From NCBI GenBank assembly GCA_964016885.1, contig OZ024745.1, positions 38,068,001 through 38,132,000 of the forward strand: DNA of 64,000 nucleotides, in the 5' to 3' direction. The translations under genes and the position numbers were made by a program. Source of the DNA: Eledone cirrhosa. Taxonomy: Eukaryota. Shown piece by piece: positions 26,159 through 38,944 of this stretch (the first letter of the stretch is position 1; every line of letters begins with the position of its first letter). The notes below the pieces were generated by a model that saw nothing but the letters and a program-made list of their open reading frames with translations, was not told the DNA's origin and did not search any database.

Positions 26159-27515
26159 AATAAATCAAGAAAGAAGAGTGACATGGTTTGCTATACAATA
26201 AGGGCTTTATTCACATTGCTGACAATTGTTTCTCTGAACTGGTAGGTTTAGAGATCGCTACCCGCCTGTTTTTGCGTCAATGGATCACCAATACTTTGTT
26301 ATAACCAGTCAATTCATCGGAGCATGCGAGAATGAAGGAAATACACAGGCATGGCTTCTATACATAGTAGTGGCATTAAATCAGAACAATAATAACAATA
26401 CTAACAATACTAGCAGTACTCGAATAAATTAGCTAGACTGTAAATAGTTAAAATAATCACAACATCAATCTAAGTAAGACATAGAATATACTGATGACTT
26501 AAGCATGTAAAACAAGCTGATACGAAGCAGATGTATGAAATTGACATGTAAAAGCTGTCATGGTGTGTATTATATATAGTGTAGAGATAACCTGGGGTTT
26601 GAAACAATGGACCATTTACTTTACTGTAGGTTTGCTGACTGTAAGAATTATTTATTATCTGACAGATAAAATATTTTCATTGTAGTGAGTATGGTAATTT
26701 TTATGTGGTGTAAAGTGGATTCAGAGGGTCGAACGCCATGCTTTGACGTATAGAGTTACGGCCCTTGTCATTCTGAGTTCAAATCCCGCCAAGGTTAACT
26801 TTGCCTTTCAATCTTACGGGGTCGATAAAATAAAGTACCAGTAATGCACTGGGTAATTGCTGGCCTTGTGCCTAACGTAGAAACAATTATTTAAGTGGTC
26901 TATATTAGATGGAGGGATTGTTAGTTCGAATCATGGTGTTGTTTAGCTTTCACAGCATCAATAACAAATCATGCATGGATAAGACAACAATAACAGCAAT
27001 ATAGTAGGTAAGTCAATACAGAGGTTAAGAAAGTAAGGTATATATAGAGAGAACATGATGACTACAATTACGGATACATTGGGGTGTTCATTATAACAAC
27101 AGGAGGAAGGTGATATTTCAAGGACTGTGGTAGTAGTCAAATAATGTACTTGGAATTAAGTTCATCTGTTGAGAATCAAGAGTGAGGGGGTTGTGTTGAC
27201 AGCTTACTTAGATTGATGTTGTGATTGTTTTAACTATTTACAGTCTAGGTAATTTATTCGAGTACTGCTAGTATTGTTAGTATTGTTATTATTGTTCTGA
27301 TTTAATGCCACTACTATATATAGAAGCCATGCCTGTATATTCCCTTCATTCTCGCATGCTCTGATGAATTGACTGGTTATAACAAAGTATTGGTGATCGA
27401 TTGACGCAAAACCAGGCGGGTAGCGATCTCTAGACCTACCAGTTCAGCTAAACAATTGTCAGCAATGTGAATAAAGCCCTTATTGTATAGCAAACCATGT
27501 CACTCTTCTTTCTTG

Positions 27516-27520
<5 letters not shown>
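26159..27520. mobile_element. Inverted-repeat element (family C), arms ~26159-26476 and ~27204-27520, each with a long-stem-II hammerhead; SINE inserted in the spacer
   Basis: Arms are reverse complements; hammerhead folds at 26217-26324 (-) and 27357-27464 (+). Confidence 0.75.
26727..26891 (+). mobile_element. tRNA-derived SINE (MetaSINE-like)
   Basis: B-box-like GAGTTCAAATCCC followed by GCCTTTCAATCTTACGGGGTCGATAAAATAAAGTACCAG. Confidence 0.72.
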
Positions 27521-27553
<33 letters not shown>

Positions 27554-28088
27554 GTATCGACATTCTGCCTAATTTCTGTGTAACAGAATCAACTAACAAT
27601 GTGTTGGTTAACTCGGTGTTATGGCTGAAAATATTTCCTGAACATACAACTTAGCAGGATGGATGACGGAAAATTGTGACTACTAAACACACTTCAATGG
27701 TAGAGGAGAATGCCTGCAAACTTAATGGAAAGCAAAGTTGCACGAAGAGGAAAGACAGATCTCAGAGATTGAATCTGATGCCTAATTGCAGTCAATCATT
27801 CGATAACGTTCTCAGTTCATATTGGAAATTGGTTTTAAACAATTCGCGTTGAATATTTTGCCAGTTGAAAATGTAATCAAGGAGGAGAATGTAAAGAATC
27901 TTTTTTAACCATGCGCAAGCACATTTGCCTGAACATATGACAAACTCATGAAACCATTAGCTGCACATGGAATAACAGTAACTAAACATTAGCTATGTTT
28001 GTATTTAGACCACTCTTTCTTCTTGTTGATATCTTCGCTACAATCTATATATACATACGCAAAGTATCATACATACACTCAAACACAC

Positions 28089-28155
<67 letters not shown>

Positions 28156-30217
28156 CATAGGTTTGTAGGTGGGGGTGTGCATTCATAGGTATAAACACGT
28201 ATCTTATGTTTAGATATTCAGTTAAGAAGCGACCAACGCGTTGTTGAAGCCATACATACTATATACGTTTTACTGTCGTTAAACTGATGTTAGAACATAA
28301 ACATGAAATGAATATATAAAAAAAAATGCCGGCGAGGTTCTACCAAAGCTCTAAATGTCATATTCTTTTATACATCTTCGCAGCCATACGTAGCTTTTAT
28401 AATGTTTGATTTGAAATTTTTAAAACTGCCTTTGTAATAAAACGAATGGAAACAATTACATTTCTCTTTCTCTGTTCTCCATTCTATTCCTTTCATTCAT
28501 TTCGTTCTACTCTTCTTTCCTTCCATCTTCCTTTCTGTCTTTTTTCTTTCTTTCTTTGTTTTAGTCTCAATCTTACTTCTTTCCTCTCACGTTCTCAATC
28601 ACTCGTCGATTTATAAAACGGAGAAAGAAAAAAAGTTCACAATAGAAAGATATTAATGTCAGTTTGAGATAAAACGTGGAAAGAATGTTTTTCGTATTTA
28701 TATTTATATTTAACTCTTCTTTTTTTCTTTGCTATTGTCTAGTTTTCTCTTCAACATGTATCCCCTGCACCACTACTGTCTCGTATATGTGTATGTGGGC
28801 TTGTGTTTGTGTACGTGTGTGTCTATATGTATATGGGGTTGAAAATAAGTGTCGAGGCTGGGGATGTTCGTCTGTGTGCATGGATGTGTGCAAGAGTTAA
28901 AATGATGATGAAGTTGATGAGGTAGTATTAAGAATAAAGATATTTTCTTGACAATGTATTATATAGGTTGAAATACAGCGCACAAACATAACAGTTTGTA
29001 GCAATTATTGTATATATACACATACCTTTAATGATAAAAGAAAATTTCAATGTGAGTGTGCGCTCTGATAGTGGTGGTGTTAACCACGGAATATTACGCA
29101 TTATGGGGCCTTAATTTCAAGCGAGAAATAAAATTCCATCCGCATGAATTAATATTACCACTGTGACCAACATGTTATGTACACTTTTATAAACAGTTCA
29201 CCCCTACCAATAATCAATTATATATATATATATATATGTGTGTCTATGTGTGAATCCATTTGTACGAAAAAAAAGAAGAAAAGATCAAGCAACGCTTGAT
29301 CTGGAAGTTGAGAGTACTAACAGTTTGACTTAACTCCTCATTACTAGATGTTTGAAAAATTAAAAACCTCTATTGCCTCAGATTCCATAGGAGAATATGT
29401 TTAAAACAAAATAGAAAATTAAATTTAGGGATATGCTGTAGAATGGACACAATTGGCTGATTCTTGTGCGGTGGTGTTGATACGTCAGTGACAGCATATA
29501 AATGACCGAGAGCGGAATATTTAGTGTTTCTATATACAGTGAATTTGTGGAGTTATTGATTCTGGCAGCTTTTCTGCACTGTCTATCTGATGTCCTCGGC
29601 GGTCTCAATGTTAAATTGATGTAAGAGATGATAATGATGCTTTAATATATATGCATGTATTCATGTTCCTGGTATGGCTTTGAGAGGTGGGTTCTTAATG
29701 TTGATATATAACTAACAATCCAGCCTTTCGGACACGAATGATTCAGAAGGCTGCTACACATCCCATATAGAAAGCACAAATACTTTCATAGGCAGCAATC
29801 AACAGATAGGCTGACAGACACCAACAACACCTTACCTGCTATGGTCAAATACTCCGCCATGACTCCCTGTTGAAAATCATTCTTTGGGGAAAATTTGAGA
29901 GAAAGCAAGGTAGGTTCTTAGACAATACTGGTCCGACAGCATCAAGAGTTGACAGGACACAACAACGAGATGCTTGTAAGCAGGATGTAGTGAAGACATG
30001 AATGGCGACTGCTTACTTTGAACACATATAGAGTGGTATTCTCAGGATTGGCTGCACCCTTTGTGGAGAAATTATTGATTGCCTAGGGTAGGAAATGTAT
30101 CTATAAAGAGAAAGAGGCAGAGAAAGTGAAAGAACATGATATAAAATATACTAACGAGAATATGATTTCAGAATATACATGTTTTCAACATTGTTATCCC
30201 AGTATAAACATTTATTA

Positions 30218-30260
30218 ACACTCTGATGAAGCTTTAAGAAATGCTGAAACTGGTCACAGC
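30218..30260 (+). ncRNA. Solitary hammerhead core with decayed stem I
   Basis: CTGATGA AGC tttaagaaat GCT GAAA CTGG TC. Confidence 0.45.
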
Positions 30261-31065
30261 AATATCTGTTTCTGGTCAGAAAGAAGAAAGAGTGTGGTAT
30301 CAACGTGTGAAAGAAGGTGTAAAAATAATTTAATTTAAAACACTTGTTCCTAAATTTACGTTACATCTGAATTTCTTGTAAGGGTGTGTAATGTTCCTAT
30401 TAATTAATTAATTAATTAATACTACTAACAGATGCAGTCAAATAACTATTAAGGCAGAACATTTATTTTCGAATGAGTTTGTGTATAGTATCAATATCTA
30501 CAGAAAAGATGAAAATGTACGTTGATTACAATGTTGATAGGATTCTACCCAGACTCACACACACATACACACACATACGCCAGCGCACACACAAACACAC
30601 ACAAACACACACCCACACATATATATGTGTGTGTGTATGTGTGTGTATGTGTATATTCTGGGTTTAATTGTGGGTAACCACAGTAAATAAGGTGCTCAAT
30701 ACATAGCAAAATATACATTTTTAATATAGACATGACTTCTACAGGACTGTTTCATTCGAAGAAAATCATCAGGAAAGTCGACTGTCCATGTGATATTTTC
30801 TGGTGGTAGGGTAAGGAGGTGATTGGAATGGGTAGAGCTCATTCGCTGATGGATTTATAGAATGGGGATTTTTGAAAAAACTATATTCAGAGAAAAATAC
30901 AGTGATACAGAATGATAGAAATGCAGGGTCTCCTAATTTACAAGGTTCATTTATTCTAAGCAAACAAAGTGTTTTCATTAAGTGGGTGCATTAATATGCT
31001 CTGTTGAAGATGGTGAAGTCTGCAAAAAATGGTCAGGTGTTTACAGTTACACACACATACACAGC

Positions 31066-31099
<34 letters not shown>

Positions 31100-31217
31100 C
31101 AAATATGTAATAGGAACAAGTATGGCCCTGACGGCAGAGTTCAAGCCGTTTCGGCGGCTATTTATGGACTCATACATACAAATATGTATATATATATATA
31201 TATAAATATATATAGAA

Positions 31218-31406
31218 GAAGTGGTTACACAACAGTTAGTTCACCATACCGACAACAATTGTTTCACCTTAGCGGATACTCAGTTAAGGTGAAACAATTG
31301 TTCTCGGTATGGTGAACTAACTGTTGTGTAACCACTTCTACCTAACTCGTCCCATGGACTGAGTGCACTACCACTACGGATATTACCTTCCAGTGTTCTA
31401 CCACTA
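31218..31406. mobile_element. Short inverted remnant of PLE family E pseudo-LTR
   Basis: Arms 31219-31271 and 31284-31337 are reverse complements and match 36729-36794 and 38150-38270. Confidence 0.8.
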
Positions 31407-31424
31407 TAAATATATATATATATA

Positions 31425-32362
31425 TGTATAAATATTTCGTATCTCCAAAGAAATACAGTTTTAGGAAGCCGTAGCTATGCAAACACCGGGGGTCTAACGC
31501 CCTCTGGTGATGTCTAGCAGAAGTAAGGGGGACAACCGTCTATGCATTTCAGGCTTAACTGGCCTTCGTCAGGACGCTCCCTCCCACCGCTTGCGACTGC
31601 TGGACTAGAAGACAGCTGAGAATATATACTTTTCTCGTCTGTGTAAATGAGGTGATTAATCTCATTTGCATATGAAGCTGCATAAGTTGGCTCAACTTAT
31701 AATAAAAAAGAAATAGGATTTCACTTCAAGCATAGCTTTATACAATATGTATAAATATTTCGTCTCTCCAATGAAATACAGCATTAGGAAGCCGTAGCTG
31801 TACAAACACCGGGGGGCTAACGCCCTCTGGTGATGTCCAGCAGAAGTAAGGGGGACAACCGTCTATGCATTTCAGGCTTATCTGGCCTTCGTCAGGACGG
31901 TCCCTCCGACCCCTTGCGACTGCTGGACTAGAAGACAGCTGATAATATATACTTTTCTCGTCTGTGTAAATGTGGTGATTAATCTCATGTGCATATGAAA
32001 CTGCATAAGTTGGCTCAACTTATAATAAAAAAGAAATAGAATCTCGCTTCAAGCATAGCTTTATACAATATGTATAAATATTTCGTATCTCCAAAGAAAT
32101 AGTTTTAGGAAGCCGTAGCTATGCAAACACCGGGGGGCTAACGCCCTCTGGTGATGTCCAGAGGGACCGTTCTGACGAAGGCCAGTTAAGCCTGAATTGC
32201 ATAGACGGTTGTCCCCCTTGCATCTGCTGGACATCACCAGAGGGCGTTAGCCCCCCGGTGTTTGCATAGCTACGGTTTTCTAAAACTGTATTTCTTTGGA
32301 GATACGAAATATTTATACATATTGTATAAAGCTATGCTTGAAGCGAAATCCTATTTCTTTTA
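31425..32362 (-). mobile_element. Retrozyme-like array (family A): tandem 323-bp monomers plus inverted terminal copy
   Basis: Monomers at ~31426, ~31749 and partial ~32072; inversion at ~32161; no credible ORF; TA-rich flanks. Confidence 0.8.
31858..31901 (-). ncRNA. Type I hammerhead ribozyme, intact consensus (family A)
   Basis: ACCGTC CTGACGA AGGC cagataa GCCT GAAA TGCA TA GACGGT; further copies 31535-31578 (-) and 32166-32209 (+, GAAT). Confidence 0.85.
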
Positions 32363-32374
32363 TATATATATATG

Positions 32375-32448
<74 letters not shown>

Positions 32449-32461
32449 CACACATATATAT

Positions 32462-33293
32462 ATATATATATGGATGTATATATAATGTATTTTGCAATAC
32501 ACTTTATGCTTAATTAAAATCATTTTGAAGACCGTAAGCTATTGTTTTAAAGTAGTGACAAATTCACTCACTTTGATCTCAGCAAACAGGGGAGATAAGC
32601 CGACAAGACTTGTTTCGCTTTGGTTGAAGCTTATCAAGGCCAACTACCCCACCTCTCTGCTGATGTTATATTCTTATAGAAATCTAGTAAATAATCAGGA
32701 GCTGATTATGCAGAGCGGTTGTTGGTCAGGCAGAAATTAAAAATTAGAATTGGAGCTCTGAAATAGCAATATATATATGGATGTATATATAATGTATTTT
32801 GCAATACACTTTATGCTTAATTAAAAGCATTTTGAAGACCGTAAGCTATTGTTTTAAAGTAGTGACAAATTCACTCACTTAGATCTCAGCAAACAGGGGA
32901 GATAAGCCGACAAGACTTGTTTCGCTTTGGTTGAAGCTTATCAAGGCCAACTACCCCACCTGTCTGCAGAGCTCCAATTCTAATTTTTAATTTCTGCCTG
33001 ACCAACAACCGCTCTGCATAATCAGCTCCTGATTATTTACTAGATTTCTATAAGAATATAACATCAATGATCTCAGCAGACAGGTGGGGTAGTTGGCCTT
33101 GATAAGCTTCAACCAAAGCGAAACAAGTCTTGTCGGCTTATCTCCCCTGTTTGCTGAGATCAAAGTGAGTGAATTTGTCACTACTTTAAAACAATAGCTT
33201 ACGGTCTTCAAAATGATTTTAATTAAGCATAAAGTGTATTGCAAAATACATTATATATACATCCATATATATATTGCTATTTCAGAGCTCCAA

Positions 33294-33300
<7 letters not shown>
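32462..33300. mobile_element. Retrozyme-like array (family B): ~307-316-bp monomer, partial tandem copy, then an inverted full monomer
   Basis: 32462-32768, 32769-32968, inverted 32969-33300. Confidence 0.8.
33086..33147 (+). ncRNA. Hammerhead ribozyme, U3-A8 core variant (family B)
   Basis: GGCC TTGATAA GCTT caacca AAGC GAAA CAAG T CTTG TC GGCT; identical copies at 32589-32650 (-) and 32896-32957 (-). Confidence 0.75.
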
Positions 33301-33354
<54 letters not shown>

Positions 33355-33667
33355 ATAAAAGTATGTGTTCCTACATGTTAAAAATACATATAAGGATACA
33401 AGTATTGTCCAACCCTATGCCAATGTGGTTCTATGGCAGGTTAATAAATTAACAAGCCAGAACATAATTACACACTTTCGGATGGCCGTTGACTCTTACG
33501 AGTTCTTCCGCCCTTTGTCAGGTTTTGTTTTTTGACCTGCAGGGTGTCGAAAATCACCTTCCTCACCAAGTAAAATTGGTGGGGTTGCCGGTAAAGTCGC
33601 CGACGCCCCGACCATGCGACAGGTTGTACTGGGTTACATGTTACCAGTAGCACTCAAAAGTGACCCG

Positions 33668-33728
<61 letters not shown>

Positions 33729-33942
33729 GGTAAACATTATATATACATTATATATACATTATATATACATACATACATTGCTTAGAATAAATGAACCTTG
33801 AAAATTAGGAGTGCCTGCATTTGTATCATTCTGTAACCCTATATATACGATAAATTAACGGAGCCATAGACTCTCGCTATTCCCTGTCATTAATGTGATC
33901 AAAGGAGAAGGAATCCCGAGCCCTTTATAATAAAATACGTAC

Positions 33943-34258
33943 GTAGAAAAGACAACACACCGGAGAGAGAGAGACATTATGCGCTATCAGTCAAACAGGG
34001 AAAAATCACCAGTGTATGGAATATATAGCTTCTCCTCTTTCTCTGTTTGGTTGAGCACACTTATCTGAGCGGTTTGTGCTGCCATTTCTAGCAGCTCGTC
34101 CCTCAGAGTCCACTGGTTACTACCCTAGGTACGCTGAGAATTCTCTCTCCTACGTGTGCTGGACGGTCGCTATAGATTCCATACACTGGTGGTTTTTCCC
34201 TGTTTGACTGATAGCGCAATCTCTCTCTCTCTCTCTGCTGTGTTGTCTTTTCTACATA
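33943..34258. repeat. Inverted repeat (~85-bp arms), probable PLE-type remnant
   Basis: 33943-34029 is the reverse complement of ~34169-34256. Confidence 0.7.
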
Positions 34259-34261
34259 TTG

Positions 34262-34328
<67 letters not shown>

Positions 34329-34339
34329 CCAGTTTAAAA

Positions 34340-34585
34340 CTACTGAGACCAATGCTCAACGTACCGCTCGCTCTCCGACCGGTTTGCGCCCGTGCCCTTG
34401 GCAGTGGAGACTTCTGGTGTCCTTGGGCCTGGGGCTACCTCCCTACTCACCACCATAGGAGCTGAGCTGGCCAGCCACAGGGGTGAGCCTCGCGAGTTTG
34501 AATGGCTCTTCCAGGGCATCTTCCTTACCATCATCCGGGAAAATGCCTTCTTCCTTCTGTCCGGCAGTCGGGACCCCATTTGTTC
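34340..34585 (+). pseudogene. C-terminal fragment of a CRE-like RLE non-LTR retrotransposon
   Basis: PLAVETSGVLGPGATSLLTTIG..GEPREFEWLFQGIFLTIIRENA resembles the CRE-clade C-terminal signature (from memory). Confidence 0.65.
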
Positions 34586-35148
34586 TATATATAGAGAGAT
34601 GTGGAGGGCGAGAGAGATGTGGACAATGATGGTGGGAGTTCGGCTCTTCCGTATTCGGACACATCGCACATATCATATGGATTATGTGACTACTAAAGGA
34701 GTCGTGTCAATGCTTCCTGTGCCATTGTAAACGTTATACTGGTGCTAGTTATAGAATTTAAATGGGCGTTGGTAAGGCTTGGCAATACAGCTTGATCTCC
34801 GTACCCAATTATTATACATCAGTAAAGATATATAGATGGTTTCTTATATAGACACAAGGCCAGCAATTTTGGGGAGGGGAAAGTCGATTGAATCGACCTC
34901 AGTGCGTGACTGGTACTTTATTTTATCCACCCCGTAAGGATGAAATAAGATAGATAGTAATAATAAAGCTCACACGTGTGTAAATGTTTCACACATCCAC
35001 GGAGTTAGCCATGGCATGAACTAGACATGACATACTACATCAATTTGAGACATATCTATGTTTATTATACATAAACATATTCATATGACAATACAACTCT
35101 ATTATAAATCTAGTGAGACCTATTGCTACACACACACAATCACACATA

Positions 35149-35227
<79 letters not shown>

Positions 35228-35234
35228 GTATATA

Positions 35235-35280
<46 letters not shown>

Positions 35281-35616
35281 CAAATACTAACACCACACAG
35301 TACCTCACAGCTTGAAATCTAACTAATAACACGATATAGTAAATTGCTTTCGCGTAAAGAGAGAGATGTTGTACCGTATTGATTTACAGGGAGGGGAGCT
35401 TACACAACATAGTAATAGTCTACCAAACTGTAAGTCTAGATTATAGTCATTGGAGAGTAGTAAACTCTAGCATACAATTAAACTGATCTGTCGTGTCTTG
35501 TATACATAACTCTATCGATCAAAGAAACATCAAGAAATATCTGAATATTAAACTTTCCAAATAATATATATAAGTAGGGGGTGGGTATTATTTCGGCCAT
35601 GCTATCCATTCTTGAT

Positions 35617-35653
<37 letters not shown>

Positions 35654-35899
35654 GTGTGTGTGTATGTGTGTGTGTGTGTATGTGTGTTTGATTATGTGTG
35701 AATTTGAATATGTGTGCATGTGTATATTAGAAGTCACTCCAAGTTATCCCGCACAACTAAGGGGTCGGCAAAGAGAAACGCAAAATAAAGTTTCTTGCTC
35801 AAGGTCTCAATGCGGTAAGTCTAAAATTTTGCATTGCTGAAGGAGGGTTAAAGAGAAAATAGATGCTTTTGGTCATTCTAAAAAAAATGTCTAAAGTCT

Positions 35900-36115
35900 C
35901 TCATAAAGCCCGGAGTCTCATTAGGCCTATGCTTACCCGTCTTCCTCCTGGACAGGTCGCAAGACCATCGTAGGGCTAAACCCCCAGCTACTGCAGGTAC
36001 TCATTTGCAGCTGAGTATACTGGATTGACGTGAACTTAAGTGTTTTGCTCAAAAATTCAAGACGCGACGCGTTCCACGTATCGAACCTACGATATTACGA
36101 TTGGTATTCCAACTT
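35900..36115 (-). mobile_element. Decayed tRNA-derived CORE-type SINE
   Basis: GGTACTCATTTGCAGCTGAGTATACTGG..AAGTGTTTTGCTCAA..TCGAACC on + (B-box GGTTCGA on minus). Confidence 0.55.
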
Positions 36116-36257
36116 TGGCTATGTCACTTCCGTATTCATCATTCGAACCGCCGCGTATTTCCTCTGATTTTGAGCAAGTTTGCTATAAAAAACACACATA
36201 AACGCACAAACACACACACACACACAAACACACACACATATATATATATATATATTT

Positions 36258-36518
36258 GTATAACGAAGGAAGTGTGGTAAGAAACCAAATGGACCATAAC
36301 GCACTAGAGTACTCAATACTTAGGGTAGCAGAGTGGGTAATAGGAAAAGGGTTAACCCTGACGGCAGAGCTCAATCCGTTTCGACGGAGATTTCTGGACT
36401 AAATTAGAATTTTTCTAATTTAGTCCAGAAATAGTTGTCGAAACGGCTTGAGCTCGGCCGTCAGGGATAAACCTTTTCCTAAATATATGTATATTTATAT
36501 ACATGCATATATATACAA

Positions 36519-36579
<61 letters not shown>

Positions 36580-36646
36580 AACGAGTAGGACCCCGACGAC
36601 TGAGCTCAAGCCGTTTCGACGGCTAATTCTATCACATTTTCTTCGT
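36258..36646. mobile_element. Family H remnants including a near-perfect 140-bp hairpin (36341-36480)
   Basis: Homologous to 55872-56465, 31107-31170 and 58270-58346. Confidence 0.75.
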
Positions 36647-36727
<81 letters not shown>

Positions 36728-36731
<4 letters not shown>

Positions 36732-38270
36732 GTGGTTACACAACTGTTAGTTCACCATACCGAGAACAATTGTTTCACCTTAGCCGATCCTCAGCTCGTA
36801 ATGGACATGGTTATACGGAACAGGAAGGACAACCGTACGTACGTGCATGCGCAGAAACCGTTACTTCACAGAGGCAATACTAAAAAGCGTGCGAGAGGTG
36901 TAAGGAAGATAACTGCGAAATCCGAAAAGTTTCTAGTTGATAAGAAAATTAGGATGTTGTGATTCAATCCGGCGCTTTGTAGAGGTGTTTCGAGACGTGT
37001 GGACAACGTGTGAAGAAATCATATCTCGTTTTAGGCAATCACTATCGCATAATGTCTTTAGAATATTTATTCGTTCATTAATACATAGTCCACACGAAGG
37101 ATTTCCCCTTGCGTATGGCTTGGACTTAGTGATAGCTTTCCATTGAATGGAGTAGTCTATACTTGAGTCCTTGAAGGACCATACGAGGCTCGCGAGTTTC
37201 GTGGATGAACGTCTGTCCGGGTTCCTAAAGGTCGACTGGTGGTTCAGGAAGCGTTCCTTAAATCGGCCCTCCGCCATACCCACATAGGATTTGACCCCCT
37301 GTGGTTGATTTGATCGGTTGGAAGTGACAACAGCTTCATAAATTACAGCGGGTGTGTTGCATTGCCGTTGAAGGGGACAAGCTTCGAGCTTACGGCAAGA
37401 GCACCCTGGTTGGGTGTTGCTCTTAGGGCTGTTGGTGATGTGGGCCTTCATGTTCTTAGCGCAGGAGTATCCTAGTTTTACTTTGTGTCGGTTAAAGATG
37501 GAGCGGTATTTATGACCTATGGGAAAGTGTCTATTTAAGAGGGCTAGACATTTTTTGCCTACATTGGGTTTAACTTTGAGTGAGAAGGGAGGAGAGAACC
37601 AGATAGTTTGTCTATTGCTACAATTTATTTTCTTATTGCTGTGGGTATGGCGGAGGGCCGATTTAAGCAACGCTTCCTGAACCACCAGTCGACCTTTAGG
37701 TACCCGGACATACGTCATCCATGAAACTCACGAGCCACGTATGGTCCCTCAAGGAATCAAGTATAGACTGCTCCATTCAATGGAAAGCCATGACTAAGTC
37801 CAAGCCATACGCAAGTGGAAATCCGTCGTGTCGACTTTCTATTGATGAACGAATAAATATTCTAAAGAGATTATGCAATAGCGATTGCCTAAATACGAGA
37901 AATAAATTCTTCACACGTTGTCCACACGTCTCGAAACACATCTTATATAACTACAAAGCTCCGAATTGAATCACAACATCCTAATTTTCTTATCAACTAG
38001 AAACTTTTCGGATTTCGCAGTTATCTTCCTTACACCTCTCACACGCTTTTTAGTATTGCCTGCGTGAAGTGACGGTTTCTGCGCATGCACGTTCGTATTG
38101 TTGTCCGTCCTGTTCCGTATAACCATGTCCATTACAAGCTGAGGATCCGCTAAGGTGAAACAATTGTTCTAGGTATGGTGAACTAACTGTTGTGTAACCA
38201 CTTCAACCTAACTCGTCCCATGGACTGAGTGCTCTACCACTACGCATATTACCTACCAGTGTTCTACCAC
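36728..38270. mobile_element. Penelope-like element (family E), two 5'-truncated copies in inverted arrangement
   Basis: Minus copy 36728-37639 and plus copy 37640-38270; GIY-YIG coding sequence; hammerheads at 36755-36804 (-) and 38129-38178 (+); (TA)n on both sides. Confidence 0.9.
36933..37636 (-). pseudogene. PLE linker + GIY-YIG endonuclease fragment
   Basis: WFSPPFS..HFP..IFNRHKVKLGYSC, CSCRKLEACPLQRQC, VIYEA..SYVG..FKERFLNH, CGLCINE; frameshift near 37020; the first ~26 aa of the listed ORF are antisense of the inverted arm. Confidence 0.85.
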
Positions 38271-38308
38271 TATATATATATATATATATATACACAAACA
38301 CCCACACC

Positions 38309-38398
<90 letters not shown>

Positions 38399-38799
38399 TA
38401 TATCGTTATAGGTATATTTTTATTTTGTGGGGGTAGGTTGGTGTGGGGGGTGGCTGTTGTCAATATAAACACGTTTCAGTCCGGTTTCACTTGAATTTAT
38501 TATTATAATTTCCAGACGTTTAGTTTAATAACCGGAGGTTATTTAGTTGTTGATTGTCAAAGTTCTTTTATCACACAGTCGGAGGTACATGTGTTCTCAG
38601 GTGCACAGCTCACAAAGACAATTGGTTTAAAACAGTAAAATGTAAAAATTTAGTCTTTGAAGAGGCGACAGAATGTGTAACGAACGAGCTTTTCCAATCA
38701 ACAACTAAACTTCCCTCCGGGTATTAATCTAACCGAGGGGTCATTATATTAATAGATTGAAGTAACGTCACACGTTTTCACATAAAACAAATACAAACG

Positions 38800-38944
<145 letters not shown>

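Noticed and set aside
30740-30780. CTGATGA..GAAACAGTC on minus; also CTGAAGACTGAAA at 12191
   Set aside because: Stem I or stem II missing; compatible with chance or extreme decay
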